A DNA stretch of 64,000 nt from Fistulifera solaris (taxonomy: Eukaryota): the NCBI GenBank assembly GCA_030295235.1, contig AP026173.1:496001-560000 (forward strand), given 5' to 3'. Shown here piece after piece: positions 25,029 through 36,765 of the stretch. Numbering within the stretch: position 1 is the stretch's first letter; each line of letters starts with the position of its first letter. The notes beneath the pieces were generated by a model. The model searched no databases. It had not been told where the DNA came from and saw nothing but the letters and a program-made list of their open reading frames with translations. A program made the position numbers and the translations under genes.

Positions 25029-25215
25029 AGCGATGCATGCGTTCATCGAAGTTCGCCGCCTTTTTTTCCAGACCCGTAACCCTCGTCGTCTTGCCTCGTC
25101 GCAAGGAGGTCCATCATTCGTGTTTCCCGTCCTCGCGTTTCATAATTTATTTTGGGCTCCACCGCCTTTTTGTGATACGCAATGCCAATGAACAATAGAA
25201 TAGATTACCAGCTCC

Positions 25216-26361
25216 ATGGATCAACGACAATCACATAAAAGTAATATACCACACGAAACCTTTCAACCCGAACTTGTATGGGCGGCTACCAAACCTACCA
25301 ATGCGGTCGTTTTAAAGAGCGATCCTCACGAAACGCCACCGCCCGTGTATTTGCTCCGACAAGAACAATCACGCGAAGCGTACGCTTTAATACCCGACAA
25401 GGAACCGATTCAAAATCATCGTCATTGGGGTGATATTGTCTTTGCGGTCGTGTACGAATGCGTCGGTGAACCAGGTTCCCGAGTCTTCCAAGCACCGTCC
25501 GAAGCAAGCGCACGGTTTGTTGCGATTAAACGACTGCGCTTGGCCGCGGTCAATGAATATTTACAAAAAGGCGGATCGGAGAATCCGTATCGCGATATTT
25601 GTCGAATGCGAGAAATGGGTGACAACATTCATGTTTTGCAATGCATCGATGCGTTAAGGGATGACGAATTTCTCTACATTGTCACGCCGAAAGCTTGTGA
25701 GCTGGGGACTTTGCAAGATGCGGCCTTTGGTGGGTCGGAACCGATGGATCGGAATCGAGCGAAAATGCTGTTTCGGAAAATTCTGCAAATACTTTCGTAT
25801 TTGGATTCCTTTGACATTTCGCACCGCGATTTTACGCCCGATAACTTCATTTTTCTCACGCCCGACAATTTGGTGGTCTTTGATTTGGCCATGAGTCACA
25901 GAATACCGCGGAATGAACAGGGTGAGCGCATTCTGGCGACGCCACCCGACACAGTATTTGGATCTTTTGGTTACATCGCACCCGAAATCGCCATGAGTCG
26001 TATGTTCGATGGCCTCGCCGCGGATCTGTGGTCCGCGTCGGTCATCCTCTACAACCTTTTAACGAGTCGACCACTGTATCGATTTCCTCATCCCAGTGAT
26101 ATTTTCTTCCGATACAACATTTTAGCACAAGCGGCATTTTCTCCCGCACTCAATGAACGCGCTATTGAAGTCTTGCAGGGTGTTTCGGAAGACGATGAAT
26201 TCTTTTGCATGTTGATGAAAAATGTCATGGCCAATCTCAACTATATTGGTCCAGCGTCCGCCGAACTGTTAAAGCATTCGTTCGAAATTGATCCCCAATT
26301 TCGATGGACGCTTCGACAAGTCATGCAATCGCAATATGTACAACAAATGGATGCCCTGTAG
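25216..26361 (+). CDS. Ser/Thr protein kinase (divergent)
   Basis: FVAIK, HRDFTPDN, VFDLAM (DFG-equivalent), YIAPE and DLWSA. Confidence 0.88.
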   Translation: MDQRQSHKSNIPHETFQPELVWAATKPTNAVVLKSDPHETPPPVYLLRQEQSREAYALIPDKEPIQNHRHWGDIVFAVVYECVGEPGSRVFQAPSEASARFVAIKRLRLAAVNEYLQKGGSENPYRDICRMREMGDNIHVLQCIDALRDDEFLYIVTPKACELGTLQDAAFGGSEPMDRNRAKMLFRKILQILSYLDSFDISHRDFTPDNFIFLTPDNLVVFDLAMSHRIPRNEQGERILATPPDTVFGSFGYIAPEIAMSRMFDGLAADLWSASVILYNLLTSRPLYRFPHPSDIFFRYNILAQAAFSPALNERAIEVLQGVSEDDEFFCMLMKNVMANLNYIGPASAELLKHSFEIDPQFRWTLRQVMQSQYVQQMDAL

Positions 26362-26480
26362 TGAATCCGTGATTCACAAGAAATCCTTTCACGCTCGGAA
26401 ATTTTCGCTCATTATAAATTCAGATCGTTCATACAATTCAAAATCAACGACAAATTTAGTCCTTTTCTATGAATAACTAT

Positions 26481-26926
26481 TTAATTTTCCCAGCCTTTTC
26501 CCCAAGGTCTTTGCCACCACCATTTCGATTCCTTGTCAATATGCTTGCCTCTGTGTCAACATAAAAAAAAAGAAATGTGAGTTTCGTCTATCACAGCTAT
26601 TCTGCAACGCGCCCACAAGGTACGTACGCCACAAATCCTTCTTTCTCTTTCCGCAAATCATATTCCCGGGCTCCCTGCACTTGCTTGTCGGGACTGAATC
26701 CCAAATCATCCAAATTTTCACGGGCCATGAGTTGATGATCCATCCGACATTGCAAATAATCGCGACTCAAATCCCGGCATTTGTGATGAACATCCTTTTC
26801 TTTTTTCAAACAAAGTAAATAATCTTCCATTTTCGATTGGCAGGATGCTTCATGATCGAGAGGAAAGATGCCCCGTTGGGGAGGCCGTACGACCTGTTTG
26901 CCAGATCCCATGCTGATGGAGGACAT
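26481..26926 (-). CDS. COX19: Cytochrome c oxidase assembly protein Cox19; intron 26551-26627
   Basis: PPQRGIFPLDHEASC; twin CX9C; YLQCRMDHQLM. Splicing GTACGT...CACAG gives the tail GFVAGKHIDKESKWWW...*. Confidence 0.92.
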
Positions 26927-27329
26927 TTTTGATGGCTGCTTTATTTGACGTGTCTCTTCTAGTATATTGTTTTTCTTGTTTCTGGCGAGTCAAATCGAAG
27001 GCAACGAAGGAGTGTTATGTTGTTTTGTCTTTATCACCATTGTCAACAAACAACAAAACATCATCAATTATACTCATCCATCGTCGTCATGTCACGTTTT
27101 TCCTCCGCTGGCGGGCGCGAACAAACAAGAAGCGGTACTGAGCACGTTTTATGATACCGAAACTATTCTCCCTCCATGGCGCGGCGCGCGCCATCCGCGT
27201 CAGGACGCGCTGCGTGTTGATTGCACCCCCAAAGAAATTTGCGACCATGACAAAGATTTAAAAAATGACACAAAGCAATTCTCTTCGTCGTCTTCAGCAG
27301 TGACAGAAAGCCAGCAAGTAAGCATTATC

Positions 27330-28589
27330 ATGGAAACTACCAACGAATCATCCACCATTAATTGGATGACTTGTACACCAGAAGAACTCCAATCGTGGCT
27401 CTTGCAGTATCGATTTCCCAACGAACCATCGGCCGCCCTGGCTTTCTTACAGCAAACGATGGCCTTATTGAAACACCACAGCTCGCAGCCGGTCACTCCC
27501 GAATCCACACCCGATCTAGGAGTCGCTTTGTTGAAGAATAGTGATAATCAGTTGGAAGTGTCGTTAACCACACCCCGCGTCAAGGCGGCTTGGGTCTGTT
27601 ACGAACACGGGATGCGGTTCACCGATAAGAAAGGAGAATCCATGGTCGTCCGTCACATCAAGCACATGGTCGTTTTTCCCAAACCGGAAGATTGCAATAA
27701 GAACAAGAATGTAACGGATATGGTCTTATTGATTCCAAATGACCCAGTCACTTATAAAAGCAAACCACAAACGCAAATTTGTTTTCCGTTGCCGGCCGTG
27801 ACGCCCGATTGCGACAATGACGAAGATAGCGACGGATTGGATCCTACGGATCAATGGATTGCGGTATTGTGTCGCTCTTGCCATTATGGTGTTGCCAAGG
27901 TGGCTCGTGTTCTCAATCCAGCCATCGAAACGACGACGGCCTTTTGGAGATACCAGTTTCAGTCGCACCAAGATGAGGCGACGAGTACGACGACCGGGGG
28001 TATGCCGTTTGTGAAATGTTATTACGGCGTCCAGGATGGGGCCTTGTATCCCTTGCTGGAAGGACTCTTGTTTTTCAAGCCGCCTCTTTTCATTCCTCGG
28101 TCGGAAATGGAATCGATTGGTTGTGGACGGGATGGCGGTCGTTATGTGGATTTGCAAGTGACCGTGGCGGGCCAGCAGGTCGATTTTACGAATATTCAAC
28201 GAGCCGAAATCAATGAATTGCGGGATTATATTCATCAGAAATTAATTCCGGCCATGCAAAAGGATGTCAGCGAGTCGCCGATGAAACCAACCGTGAGTGC
28301 CGAAAGTGTGTCGGTAGAAGAAGACGAGGGTGCATCCGAGAATCGACCACGCAAACGACGCAAAGCCAGTCTCGAAGCGGAAGCAGTCAATCGACAAGCG
28401 GTGGGAGCACAATTGGATGAAGACGACGACGATGATGACGAAGGCGATATGGACTACGATGCTGGAGTGAATGATGCGGCGGATGAGGAGAACGGCGACG
28501 AGGACGATGATGATTCGGAGGAGGAAGAGGACTTTGAAGACCATGAAGCAGAAACCGAAACCGAAAGTGAAGACATTGAAGAGGACTAG
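27330..28589 (+). CDS. Rtt106/SSRP1-like double-PH histone chaperone with acidic tail
   Basis: VKCYYGVQDGALYPL..GLLFFKPPLFIP..E...I...VDFTNI..AE; NLS-like RPRKRRK; D/E-rich C-terminus. Start codon uncertain. Confidence 0.78.
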   Translation: METTNESSTINWMTCTPEELQSWLLQYRFPNEPSAALAFLQQTMALLKHHSSQPVTPESTPDLGVALLKNSDNQLEVSLTTPRVKAAWVCYEHGMRFTDKKGESMVVRHIKHMVVFPKPEDCNKNKNVTDMVLLIPNDPVTYKSKPQTQICFPLPAVTPDCDNDEDSDGLDPTDQWIAVLCRSCHYGVAKVARVLNPAIETTTAFWRYQFQSHQDEATSTTTGGMPFVKCYYGVQDGALYPLLEGLLFFKPPLFIPRSEMESIGCGRDGGRYVDLQVTVAGQQVDFTNIQRAEINELRDYIHQKLIPAMQKDVSESPMKPTVSAESVSVEEDEGASENRPRKRRKASLEAEAVNRQAVGAQLDEDDDDDDEGDMDYDAGVNDAADEENGDEDDDDSEEEEDFEDHEAETETESEDIEED

Positions 28590-28625
28590 GCATGTTATAT
28601 ACTCCGTAAAAACTTTTATTAAATA

Positions 28626-29354
28626 TTAGGCACCCGTCAAGATTAATGCCAGAATAGGAAGAAAGACAGCACCCACTCCGACGAAATATGCTACTGGAAA
28701 GACATCACGCGCTAGTTGTTGCACCGCCAACACACCTAGGTATAGGGCTCCCACATAAATTGGAAAGATTTGCAGAAACCCTTTGAGCTCATTCATGTGA
28801 AAGGGATCCAGTTTCATGCGTAGAAATTCAAAGCCCAGCTGCTCTTCCTCATTCCATTGACCAGCCTGTACTCCGGCGTTCCGTGACTGCAGGATCGCTT
28901 CCACCAATCGTTCCTTTTCCGACTCGGTCAAAAGCGTCAACCCCGGATTGTAGATGGAGGTATCCTCGTCGGCAATATATCCTCGATCGAGCTGCACTCC
29001 TTTGTAGTTGATGGATCCACCGACTCCTTTGCCTTCGGTAATAATTTCGTTAATATTTTCAAAGGCTTTAAACGTCGCTTCCGAGTTCCCCAAGGATGAT
29101 TTGAGTTGTTCAATGGCATCTTTGACGGTTTCACTCGCGTAATCGGAGGCCTCGTAGGCCACAGCCGGGTTGCTTCCGATCAGCAGAGCAGCCGTAGCCA
29201 GAACAGCAGAGTTTGTACGCCAAACGTCCACTTGGTGATCTCTCGAAGCTTTTAGGGAGGAAATGACTCGTCGGCTTGCTCGTGTTTGAAAGGCGCATGC
29301 ACATTGTAAAGTACCTCCGATGAAGAAAATGGTGAATTGCGAGGAGAATTTCAT
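28626..29354 (-). CDS. Predicted plastid/thylakoid membrane protein
   Basis: Signal peptide with ACA-F cleavage, transit peptide, lumen-type signal ending AVA, and two C-terminal TMs. Confidence 0.75.
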   Translation of the reverse strand: MKFSSQFTIFFIGGTLQCACAFQTRASRRVISSLKASRDHQVDVWRTNSAVLATAALLIGSNPAVAYEASDYASETVKDAIEQLKSSLGNSEATFKAFENINEIITEGKGVGGSINYKGVQLDRGYIADEDTSIYNPGLTLLTESEKERLVEAILQSRNAGVQAGQWNEEEQLGFEFLRMKLDPFHMNELKGFLQIFPIYVGALYLGVLAVQQLARDVFPVAYFVGVGAVFLPILALILTGA

Positions 29355-29985
29355 GACGGCAGCAAGAAAGAAAGAGCGAGCAATTAGGTGAAGCGTCTAC
29401 CTAGAATGAAGGCTACTAGATGAATTGATGAACGAACCGGATGATGCTATATCGTAACTATCGGATGAATGCGACAACAACCATCATCGTCGAAGTGCGA
29501 TAATTATTGTTGTTGAAGCTGACGGATAGGAGATAAAACACCATTAAGGTTAAGCATTTACTTCAAAACAATTCACGACTCACACTCGCGATCCAGTCAT
29601 GATAAATTTTTACCAACGTTTCGCCATCTAGCCTACGTTCATTCTGCCAGATGAAAAGCTATACCTGTCGCTAATGAAATGAAAGTATTATCAGTTCATT
29701 TCCATGCACGCCTCGATGTTTGATGTTGGATTTCCTTGCGGATCGTTGACGTTCCTGTTGACTATAGTATCAAAGTGTATATTACTTTTTCCATGACTGC
29801 ATTCCAGTCATGAACCATTGACGGTTATGATAGCCCCGTACAGTAAGTCTCATTTTTGTAGCCGGAAACTAGTCGGAAAACAACATCTCTATAGTATAGA
29901 ACAAGTTACAGCGCCGGAGGGCGACCCAAATTTTGAAATTTCTTCCATTTTATCGTCACGATAAGGATCGATAACAATAAACATC

Positions 29986-31339
29986 ATGATGTTGAAAATG
30001 CGACAAATCATCTTCTTCATGACAAAAATGAAACAATATCGGGTCGGCTTCACATTCAGGATAAGGCTTGCGTCTTACATTACTGGCTTTCTCTTCGTGT
30101 GGACGAATGCCGTTTGGCACTCTCTGCAAATGATCGACGAGTACGGCATGCACTCCAGTGCAACGTTTTCTCGAAGCAATCAAATAAGCTGGGACAACTA
30201 TAAAAACAATACTGCAGTCGCCGATCTGATTCATTTGGATTCAATCGTGTACAATGTCATCCGTCAAGACCAGAGAGCTTCTACAAAAACGAGTGAGCAC
30301 GACAATCCACAAAGAGTTTCCGAACCTAAAACAGAAGACTCGCGTTCCAAGCAAGATTCAATACCCCAATGGATGGAAGATTACTTTGAGTGGCATTCCG
30401 AGACACTTTCCACGTTGAATGAGTCCAATTATCAGGACCAAAAGTACTTGCTGTTGCGGTGTCTCAACATCGACAACAAATGTGGAGGTGCATCGGATCG
30501 TCTGCAAACCATTCCTGCCATGATACTGGCAGCGTACCGAATGCAACGTCTGCTCTTTATCAAATGGGAGAGACCATACCCACTGGAAGAATATCTCGTG
30601 CCGAGTGATTTAAATTGGACTTTGCCAACTTGGCTGGATCAAACATTTACGTACCAGCATAGGCTAGAAATTGTAACGGAAGTGCACTTACGACACGCGG
30701 AACAAAGCAGTAAACAGTTGATACAAGCGCGCTTTCAAGCAGCTGATTATGGGGCTACTTATTACAACACTTACCGACCGGATGGGCCCCTTTTCGACGA
30801 AGTTTTTCATGATTGCTGGGAACGTTTATTTGAGCCGTCTCCTGCGGTGGCCTCCCTCGTCGTTGAATCGATGTCCAAATTAGGATTAACTCCGGGGAAA
30901 TATTCTGCGGTGCACATACGATCCAAGTAATTGACAGAAAAAGTCGAAAGCCATTCTCTCATCCAAAATGCCGTCAATTGCGGATCTCAACTAAGTCACG
31001 GCAAACCAATCTACATTGCAGCAGATGATAATCGTGCCATCGACTATGCCATGGCGTACGGCTCGTCGAAAGGGGGAGTTGTAGTCGGACGGACAGATGA
31101 GTATCCTAAACTGCACCTCGACCGAGGAGTTGACTTTCTAGCCAACAGTCCGACCGAGCCCAACTCGTTCCCACCGTCGGCGTATTACCAAGCCTTTGTC
31201 GACTTTTTACATACTCTCGTTTAGCAGCTGTTTATCATTGCACAAAGGCGGATTTGGTCGATGGGCGCAGTTAATGATGAAAAACTCCTCGTGTGTCACA
31301 AACCACGGACAGATTGCTTGTCAGTGGGCCGAAACCTGA
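29986..31339 (+). CDS. Type II membrane fucosyltransferase-like glycosyltransferase, interrupted by in-frame TAA (30928-30930) and a 3' frameshift
   Basis: TM, then CGGASDRL, YSAVHIR, IYIAADD, HLDR, AYY..FVD and GGFGRWA motifs typical of GT-B fucosyltransferase-like proteins. The frame continues directly after the TAA. Confidence 0.7.
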
Positions 31340-31393
31340 GTTCGATTGAACAACAAAAGGCCGGCCCTATTAGCATTTGTCACTTAGTCATTA

Positions 31394-32912
31394 TCATGAC
31401 CAGGAATGAGACGGAAGTTTACTGACATAATGCCTGATTTGAACCAACATCGCTGCTACTGCGTCTGGATACCGCAGTGCATTATTCTGCAATCCGTAAG
31501 AGAATAATTGAGCCAATTCTGATATTGACTTTTGTTTCGCCAAAATTACTTCGGGGTAATTGATGATTAAATCCTCCAAGCCAGCAAGCATGCAATCCAT
31601 CTCGCACGTACCGTTGACGGTGACAACAAGGTCATGATAATCAATCCCCATCTCGGGCTCGTCTAGAAAAATTCCCTTGGCAAACGGATAGCTGAGTCGA
31701 ATGGACGTTTCGTGCTTTTTGAAGAATGATGGATACCCTTCTTCTTTGGAGGAAGCGTACTCGATCACGACTGGAATGCAGCCACTCATGAGCACATCAA
31801 AGAAACGTTTTTGTGCCGGGGTATTCCCCCTTAGACACGGACAGAATATACTTTCTCGATATTTTTCCAATATAGCAGTCTCATTGTCCATCATTCTGTT
31901 GTTTAAGTGTCCAACGTAGACGGGAAGACCTCCTATAGTGGCATTGTTGGCTTGCATTTTATTCAAAGCATTGAGAAAGTCATATCGCAATCGAAACGAC
32001 CTTTCCCCAATATTCCCGCTCATGAATGCTGTTACAGCATAACGACGGTCTTGCAAGCCAGGCGTCAAACGCAAATGGTCCGGTTGATAATCAGCATTCG
32101 TATTGACATAGGGCTGCAGGATGTGACCACAATTTTTCTCCCATGGGGCAGATACCGTGTGCCATTTCTAGAGAAAGCAAAAGAGGCATCTGCATCATGA
32201 ACGGATGATTGAACTCTCGTTGTACTGAGGACAAGAAGACGTGCCGCTCCAGATTGTCGTCGGTTAAAAAGGGGAGATTGGCCAACACACTTTGTTGAAT
32301 GTCAACTTCCTTCACGGCCCAACACTTGGCTTTTTTCCGACACGCAAGCACAATGTGCTGTCGACGGGTACGGTACAATGAAAACATCGGCTTCTTGAGC
32401 ATCAAAGGTACGAGTTGATCCGCGATATTCGGTGAATATCTTTGATAAGACAACGTCACCGTTGCGATTGAAGCGTCGGCTCGAGTACGAACTGGAGGAA
32501 CTTTGCGTCTGTGAACATATCGACGCCCCCAATCGCAATTGCTGGTTCGATTTCCAGGATCCGAAGGAGCATTTTGTACATGATGGAACCAGTCTGGAAC
32601 GTTGTAGCGTTGTTCGATGCACGTCGAGAAATATTGCCACGTCCAATTCGAAGGAAGGCTGTCGTATACATAAAATCTAAACTCCTTTGGAAACTCTTGC
32701 AGATACGACTCGACGCGCTCCTCGGGCAGGAGAAGACGCACGACAGCTTCCATCGCTTTCGTTAACGACTTGTCATCACTATTTGTTTTTCGCTTCGATG
32801 TGGTCGTCGTCGTTGCGTTTTCTCTAGCGTCAAACGATCGTTCGTCTTGGAATAAAAGGAGGAGCACACTCAACAAAATTAAGGCAACAGCGCCTTTCGT
32901 TATTCGCTTCAT
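31394..32912 (-). CDS. Exostosin-like glycosyltransferase (GT47) (frameshifted)
   Basis: Type II TM; FYVYD, EADVFIVPY, SIFCPCLRGNTPAQKRFFDVLMSGCIPV across three overlapping ORFs. Confidence 0.85.
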
Positions 32913-33201
32913 AAGTAAAAGCTTTGTTGCTTACGTAGACTCATGGCTTAATCGATGGATGTTTATGCTTATATAAAAGGAAGAATAAAACGATGGAAGC
33001 GAGTGTCATGTTATTGCAAGAAAAGTCATTTTTCGAGAAAGTCACAACTAATTTGTCGCAGCGCGGAAGGCTAAAACTAGATCACCATAGATCGCAACTA
33101 GTAGGGGGGAGAGTTAGTATTACATAAATAACCGGGATAATTTGCAATGCAAATGTTCAGCATTTGAGTTATACATCGCAATAGAGCTTCAGGCGTCAGT
33201 C

Positions 33202-34674
33202 CTAGGCAGAATCATCATCGGTGATGGCACCGGCGTGCAAGGCACTTCCTGCCGACAGCAGCATGGAAACCACTTCCGAAGATTTTGCCTTGCCCTTACC
33301 ATCGTCTAAAGCAGCAAAGAGTGCGTTCGCATCCCCATCCGTCATGCAACCAACTTTGCCCGAGCCAATGAGATCCTCGAATTGCACTTTGGTCATGAAC
33401 TCTCCGTACTTTTCGAGTTCCGTAATGATTTCGACTCGTGAAAGTTGATTGGTTGATTTGGTCAGAGCGATGTGTTGAGCAATACGATTCGACACGGCGA
33501 GTCGATGGTTCCTTTGTGCTTGCTGCAAGGCATAAACATGATACGCCACGAATGCTAATAGCAGGAGTGTTGCACCGGCCGCAAACAGACCCAGCGCGAG
33601 ACCTAGATTCTCATCATCGTCGCCATAATTGACGTTAATCGACTCTTCGGTTTGCTCGTCGTCATTCATAATGAAAGTAGGAGCAGAGTCAACAATGGTG
33701 TCGCATTTCTCGCAGACACGGCAGCGGTGCACTATTTTGCGACCCATGAGATTTTGCGGTGGGCGACTCGTGAATCCATCGCGCGAGGCAATCGTGGCAT
33801 GTTGACACGTTTCCGTGTCGACATAACACAACGTCAACTTGTAAAGACGATCCATTTGATTTTGTGAGATCAAGGTCGGCGTATCAAGCACATTCCAGTT
33901 GACGATTTCTGTGCAAGGCGGAGTGGTCAAGCCTCCCTTGTAGGTGTAGACACCGAATTTGGGAGTAGTTGGTAGATCGTATACATCCAAGATTTCTTCG
34001 GGATCGGCGAAAGGAAGTTCCTCGACAAGACCGGTACCGATAGCAGGACAAGTGACACGTTGCTGAATGACTTCAAATCCATTTTCCAACTGACGGCGAT
34101 TCGCGTCAGCACACTCGGCTTCGGCGAGGTTCGCTACCTTCTCCCATCCACGTAGCAAGTTTTCAAATCCCGCATGGTCTTCGGCTTCTCGACTGGATGA
34201 TAGCATCATGCCAAAGACAGCAAGCGACTCGCCGGTCTCTTCTTGGTGAACGACGTGCAACTCCGCTTCGTAAAAGTGACCGTCGATGGTATGCTCGGAC
34301 GAAGTGTGCACATGAAAGTGAAGTGCATCAAAGGTGTTCGACGTATGTGGTATCGTCATACTCCCTAGTGAGCAGCCCTCTCCCTTGGATACTTTGACAC
34401 CGTGACTGCCAATACTGAAGATCAGATCATCCCACGAACAATCACCTGGTTGAAACGAATAGGCGCTCATATCGGTTTCGCACTCGTGTTGATCAAAGAT
34501 CGCCACCGGCGATTGGCCGTAGCCACTGGTCATGAGTGTTCCACCGCATTGATTGTCCTCGATGTGAAGATTGGCCCAATGACTTGGTCCGACGCCTCCT
34601 TCTTCAAAATAAGTGAATTCGGCTCCCATCGCGACGGCGGAGGTTAACAAGGCAAGTTTTACGAGAAGTTTCAT
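33202..34674 (-). CDS. Alpha-carbonic anhydrase with signal peptide, TM helix and cytoplasmic tail
   Basis: GPSHW, QSPV, HFHVH..SEH, ELHVVH, YKGGLTTPPCTE.V.W and SRPPQ motifs; TM LALGLFAAGATLLLLAFVAY. Confidence 0.93.
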   Translation of the reverse strand: MKLLVKLALLTSAVAMGAEFTYFEEGGVGPSHWANLHIEDNQCGGTLMTSGYGQSPVAIFDQHECETDMSAYSFQPGDCSWDDLIFSIGSHGVKVSKGEGCSLGSMTIPHTSNTFDALHFHVHTSSEHTIDGHFYEAELHVVHQEETGESLAVFGMMLSSSREAEDHAGFENLLRGWEKVANLAEAECADANRRQLENGFEVIQQRVTCPAIGTGLVEELPFADPEEILDVYDLPTTPKFGVYTYKGGLTTPPCTEIVNWNVLDTPTLISQNQMDRLYKLTLCYVDTETCQHATIASRDGFTSRPPQNLMGRKIVHRCRVCEKCDTIVDSAPTFIMNDDEQTEESINVNYGDDDENLGLALGLFAAGATLLLLAFVAYHVYALQQAQRNHRLAVSNRIAQHIALTKSTNQLSRVEIITELEKYGEFMTKVQFEDLIGSGKVGCMTDGDANALFAALDDGKGKAKSSEVVSMLLSAGSALHAGAITDDDSA

Positions 34675-35518
34675 TTTCTTTCAATCGATTTGGATATGCA
34701 GAATAAGAAGACGCGGGCTTATAGTCTTCAAAGATGACTGATTTCATCAGAAGATTGTAAATTGTGACGAGAAAAGAAGATGAAAAGCATCCATTTAGCG
34801 TGTCAAGAGTCTTTTCCGACACCTAAGACATTGCGTTCACATTCTTTCACTATCGTACGGTCCTATTCGGTAGGGCCGTTCTTTCGAGACAGAGAATATT
34901 GAACAACAAAGTATGTTTCGTATTAAAAACGGGACGTGCGAACTGCAAGGTCGTAAAAGTCTACCAATGAACGAAAACGGAAACGCCCAAGCGAACGCTG
35001 TTGTTCTTTTGTTGCGTCTAAATCTTTCGCTGCTATAAGATCTGTGGACGACGTACAGACTGTAGTGTATTACTCCGTCGTACCGGTACTGGCTACTAGC
35101 TAACCGCTTAACCTGCTTGGAGCTACGTAGTAGGCCTTGGCTTTGGCCTAAGTCTTATCCATGATAAATAATTATTATACGTAGTATGATTTTTTTGTTG
35201 CGTCTCATCCAATATCATTCATTTATGTTATCATCATCAGACGATGAATACACAGCATACAACTCAGCGATGCTGAATGGGGGAGTCCAGTAACAACATC
35301 CGTTTTCAAATAGTAGAAAAATCAAGTAAGTCTTATAGAGTCAGAACTAGTCTCTTTAGTTGCGTCATGATACAGCTAGATGAAACAAACGTGAATCGTT
35401 TCTTAGTTAATCAAGAGGCTATATAATGATTCACGATTACACGACTCTATTTTATCGTTCAGTAATCACAAACCCCGCTGAGAAGTTCAATCAGCGCAAC
35501 GATCAGCAATCAAATAGT

Positions 35519-36765
35519 TTAAGCCCAAGATGATCCATACAACTTTGTCTCGGTGTGACCATGGAGTTCCTTCTTTGGTGGGACCTTTCCGTCGTAAGTG
35601 TATTCACCACCTTCACGATCTCTAAAGTTCACCGGGTCCGCTTTGATATCCGAGACACCCACCATGGCCGGTCCGAGTCCGGTCGAAACTTCCATCAATA
35701 CCTTGGGGTCTTTGAAGTGAGTGACGGCCTGTACAATTGCCCGAGCACGAGCTTCCGGATTGCTGCTCTTGAAGATACCCGACCCGACAAAGACTCCGTC
35801 CATTCCCAGTTGCATCATCAACGCGGCATCGGCGGGGTGGCAACACCGCCCGCGGCAAAGTTCACAACAGGAAGCTTGCCAGTCTCCGCGACTTCTTTCA
35901 CCAATTCGTAAGGAGCACGCAACTCCTTGGCGGCAACGAAAAGTTCGTCCTTAGACATGGACTGCAGACGACGAATGTCGGCCTGCACAGTCCGAGCGTG
36001 ACGGACAGCTTCCACGATGTTTCCGGTTCCGGCTTCACCCTTGGTTCGGAGCATAGAACAACCCTCGGCAATACGGCGCAGAGCTTCACCAATGTTGCGA
36101 CAACCACATACAAAGGGGACGTTGAATTGCGTTTTATCAATGTGATGGATGTCATCTGCCATAGTGAGTACTTCACTTTCATCGATGTAATCAATTTCGC
36201 AAGCTTCCAAAATCTGAGCCTCCACAAAGTGTCCGATACGAGCCTTTGCCATCACTGGGATCGTGACGGCGTTTTTGATTTCCTTTATGAGGACCGGGTC
36301 CGACATACGAGCAACACCTCCATCCCGACGAATGTCGGCCGGGATACGCTCCAGCGCCATGACGGCGACCGCTCCAGCCGCTTCCGCAATCTTTGCTTGC
36401 TCGACATTCATCACGTCCATCTAAAAAATACAGGAACGAAAACATATTAGCCGGGTTCGTCTCTCCAACAAATGTGAAAAAAGATCGCCAAAGAAGCAGA
36501 TTCAAATCTATTTCTCTGTTTCAATTTTGTGAACGTTCCCCGCGCACTACAACCTTACTTTGCAGGTTAACGACACAAAAACTGCGCGGAGAGCCATCCA
36601 ACGTCGAAAACAAACACACCGTTCTCCGAGCAACCCATCACAAAGAAGAAAGTCGCCACTTACAATCACTCCTCCCTTGAGCATCTGCGCCAATCCTTGC
36701 TTCACGCGAAGGGTGCCGACTTGTGCGCCGTTGCCGTTGCTACCGTTTCCGTTAGATCCCGTCAT
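35519..36765 (-). CDS. PDX1: Pyridoxal 5'-phosphate synthase subunit; intron 36421-36663; frameshift near 35835
   Basis: [70 protein letters not shown]. Confidence 0.96.

Noticed and set aside
24950..25198. 82-aa ORF upstream of the kinase
   Set aside because: Starts at TTG inside the MITE; a by-product of the repeat.
26967..27329. 121-codon upstream extension of the Rtt106-like ORF
   Set aside because: TTG start, overlaps the COX19 promoter region and reads like non-coding sequence; ATG 27330 is more plausible.
29792..29812. 8-bp hairpin CATGACTG/CAGTCATG
   Set aside because: A stem of this length is expected by chance in 64 kb; no supporting context.
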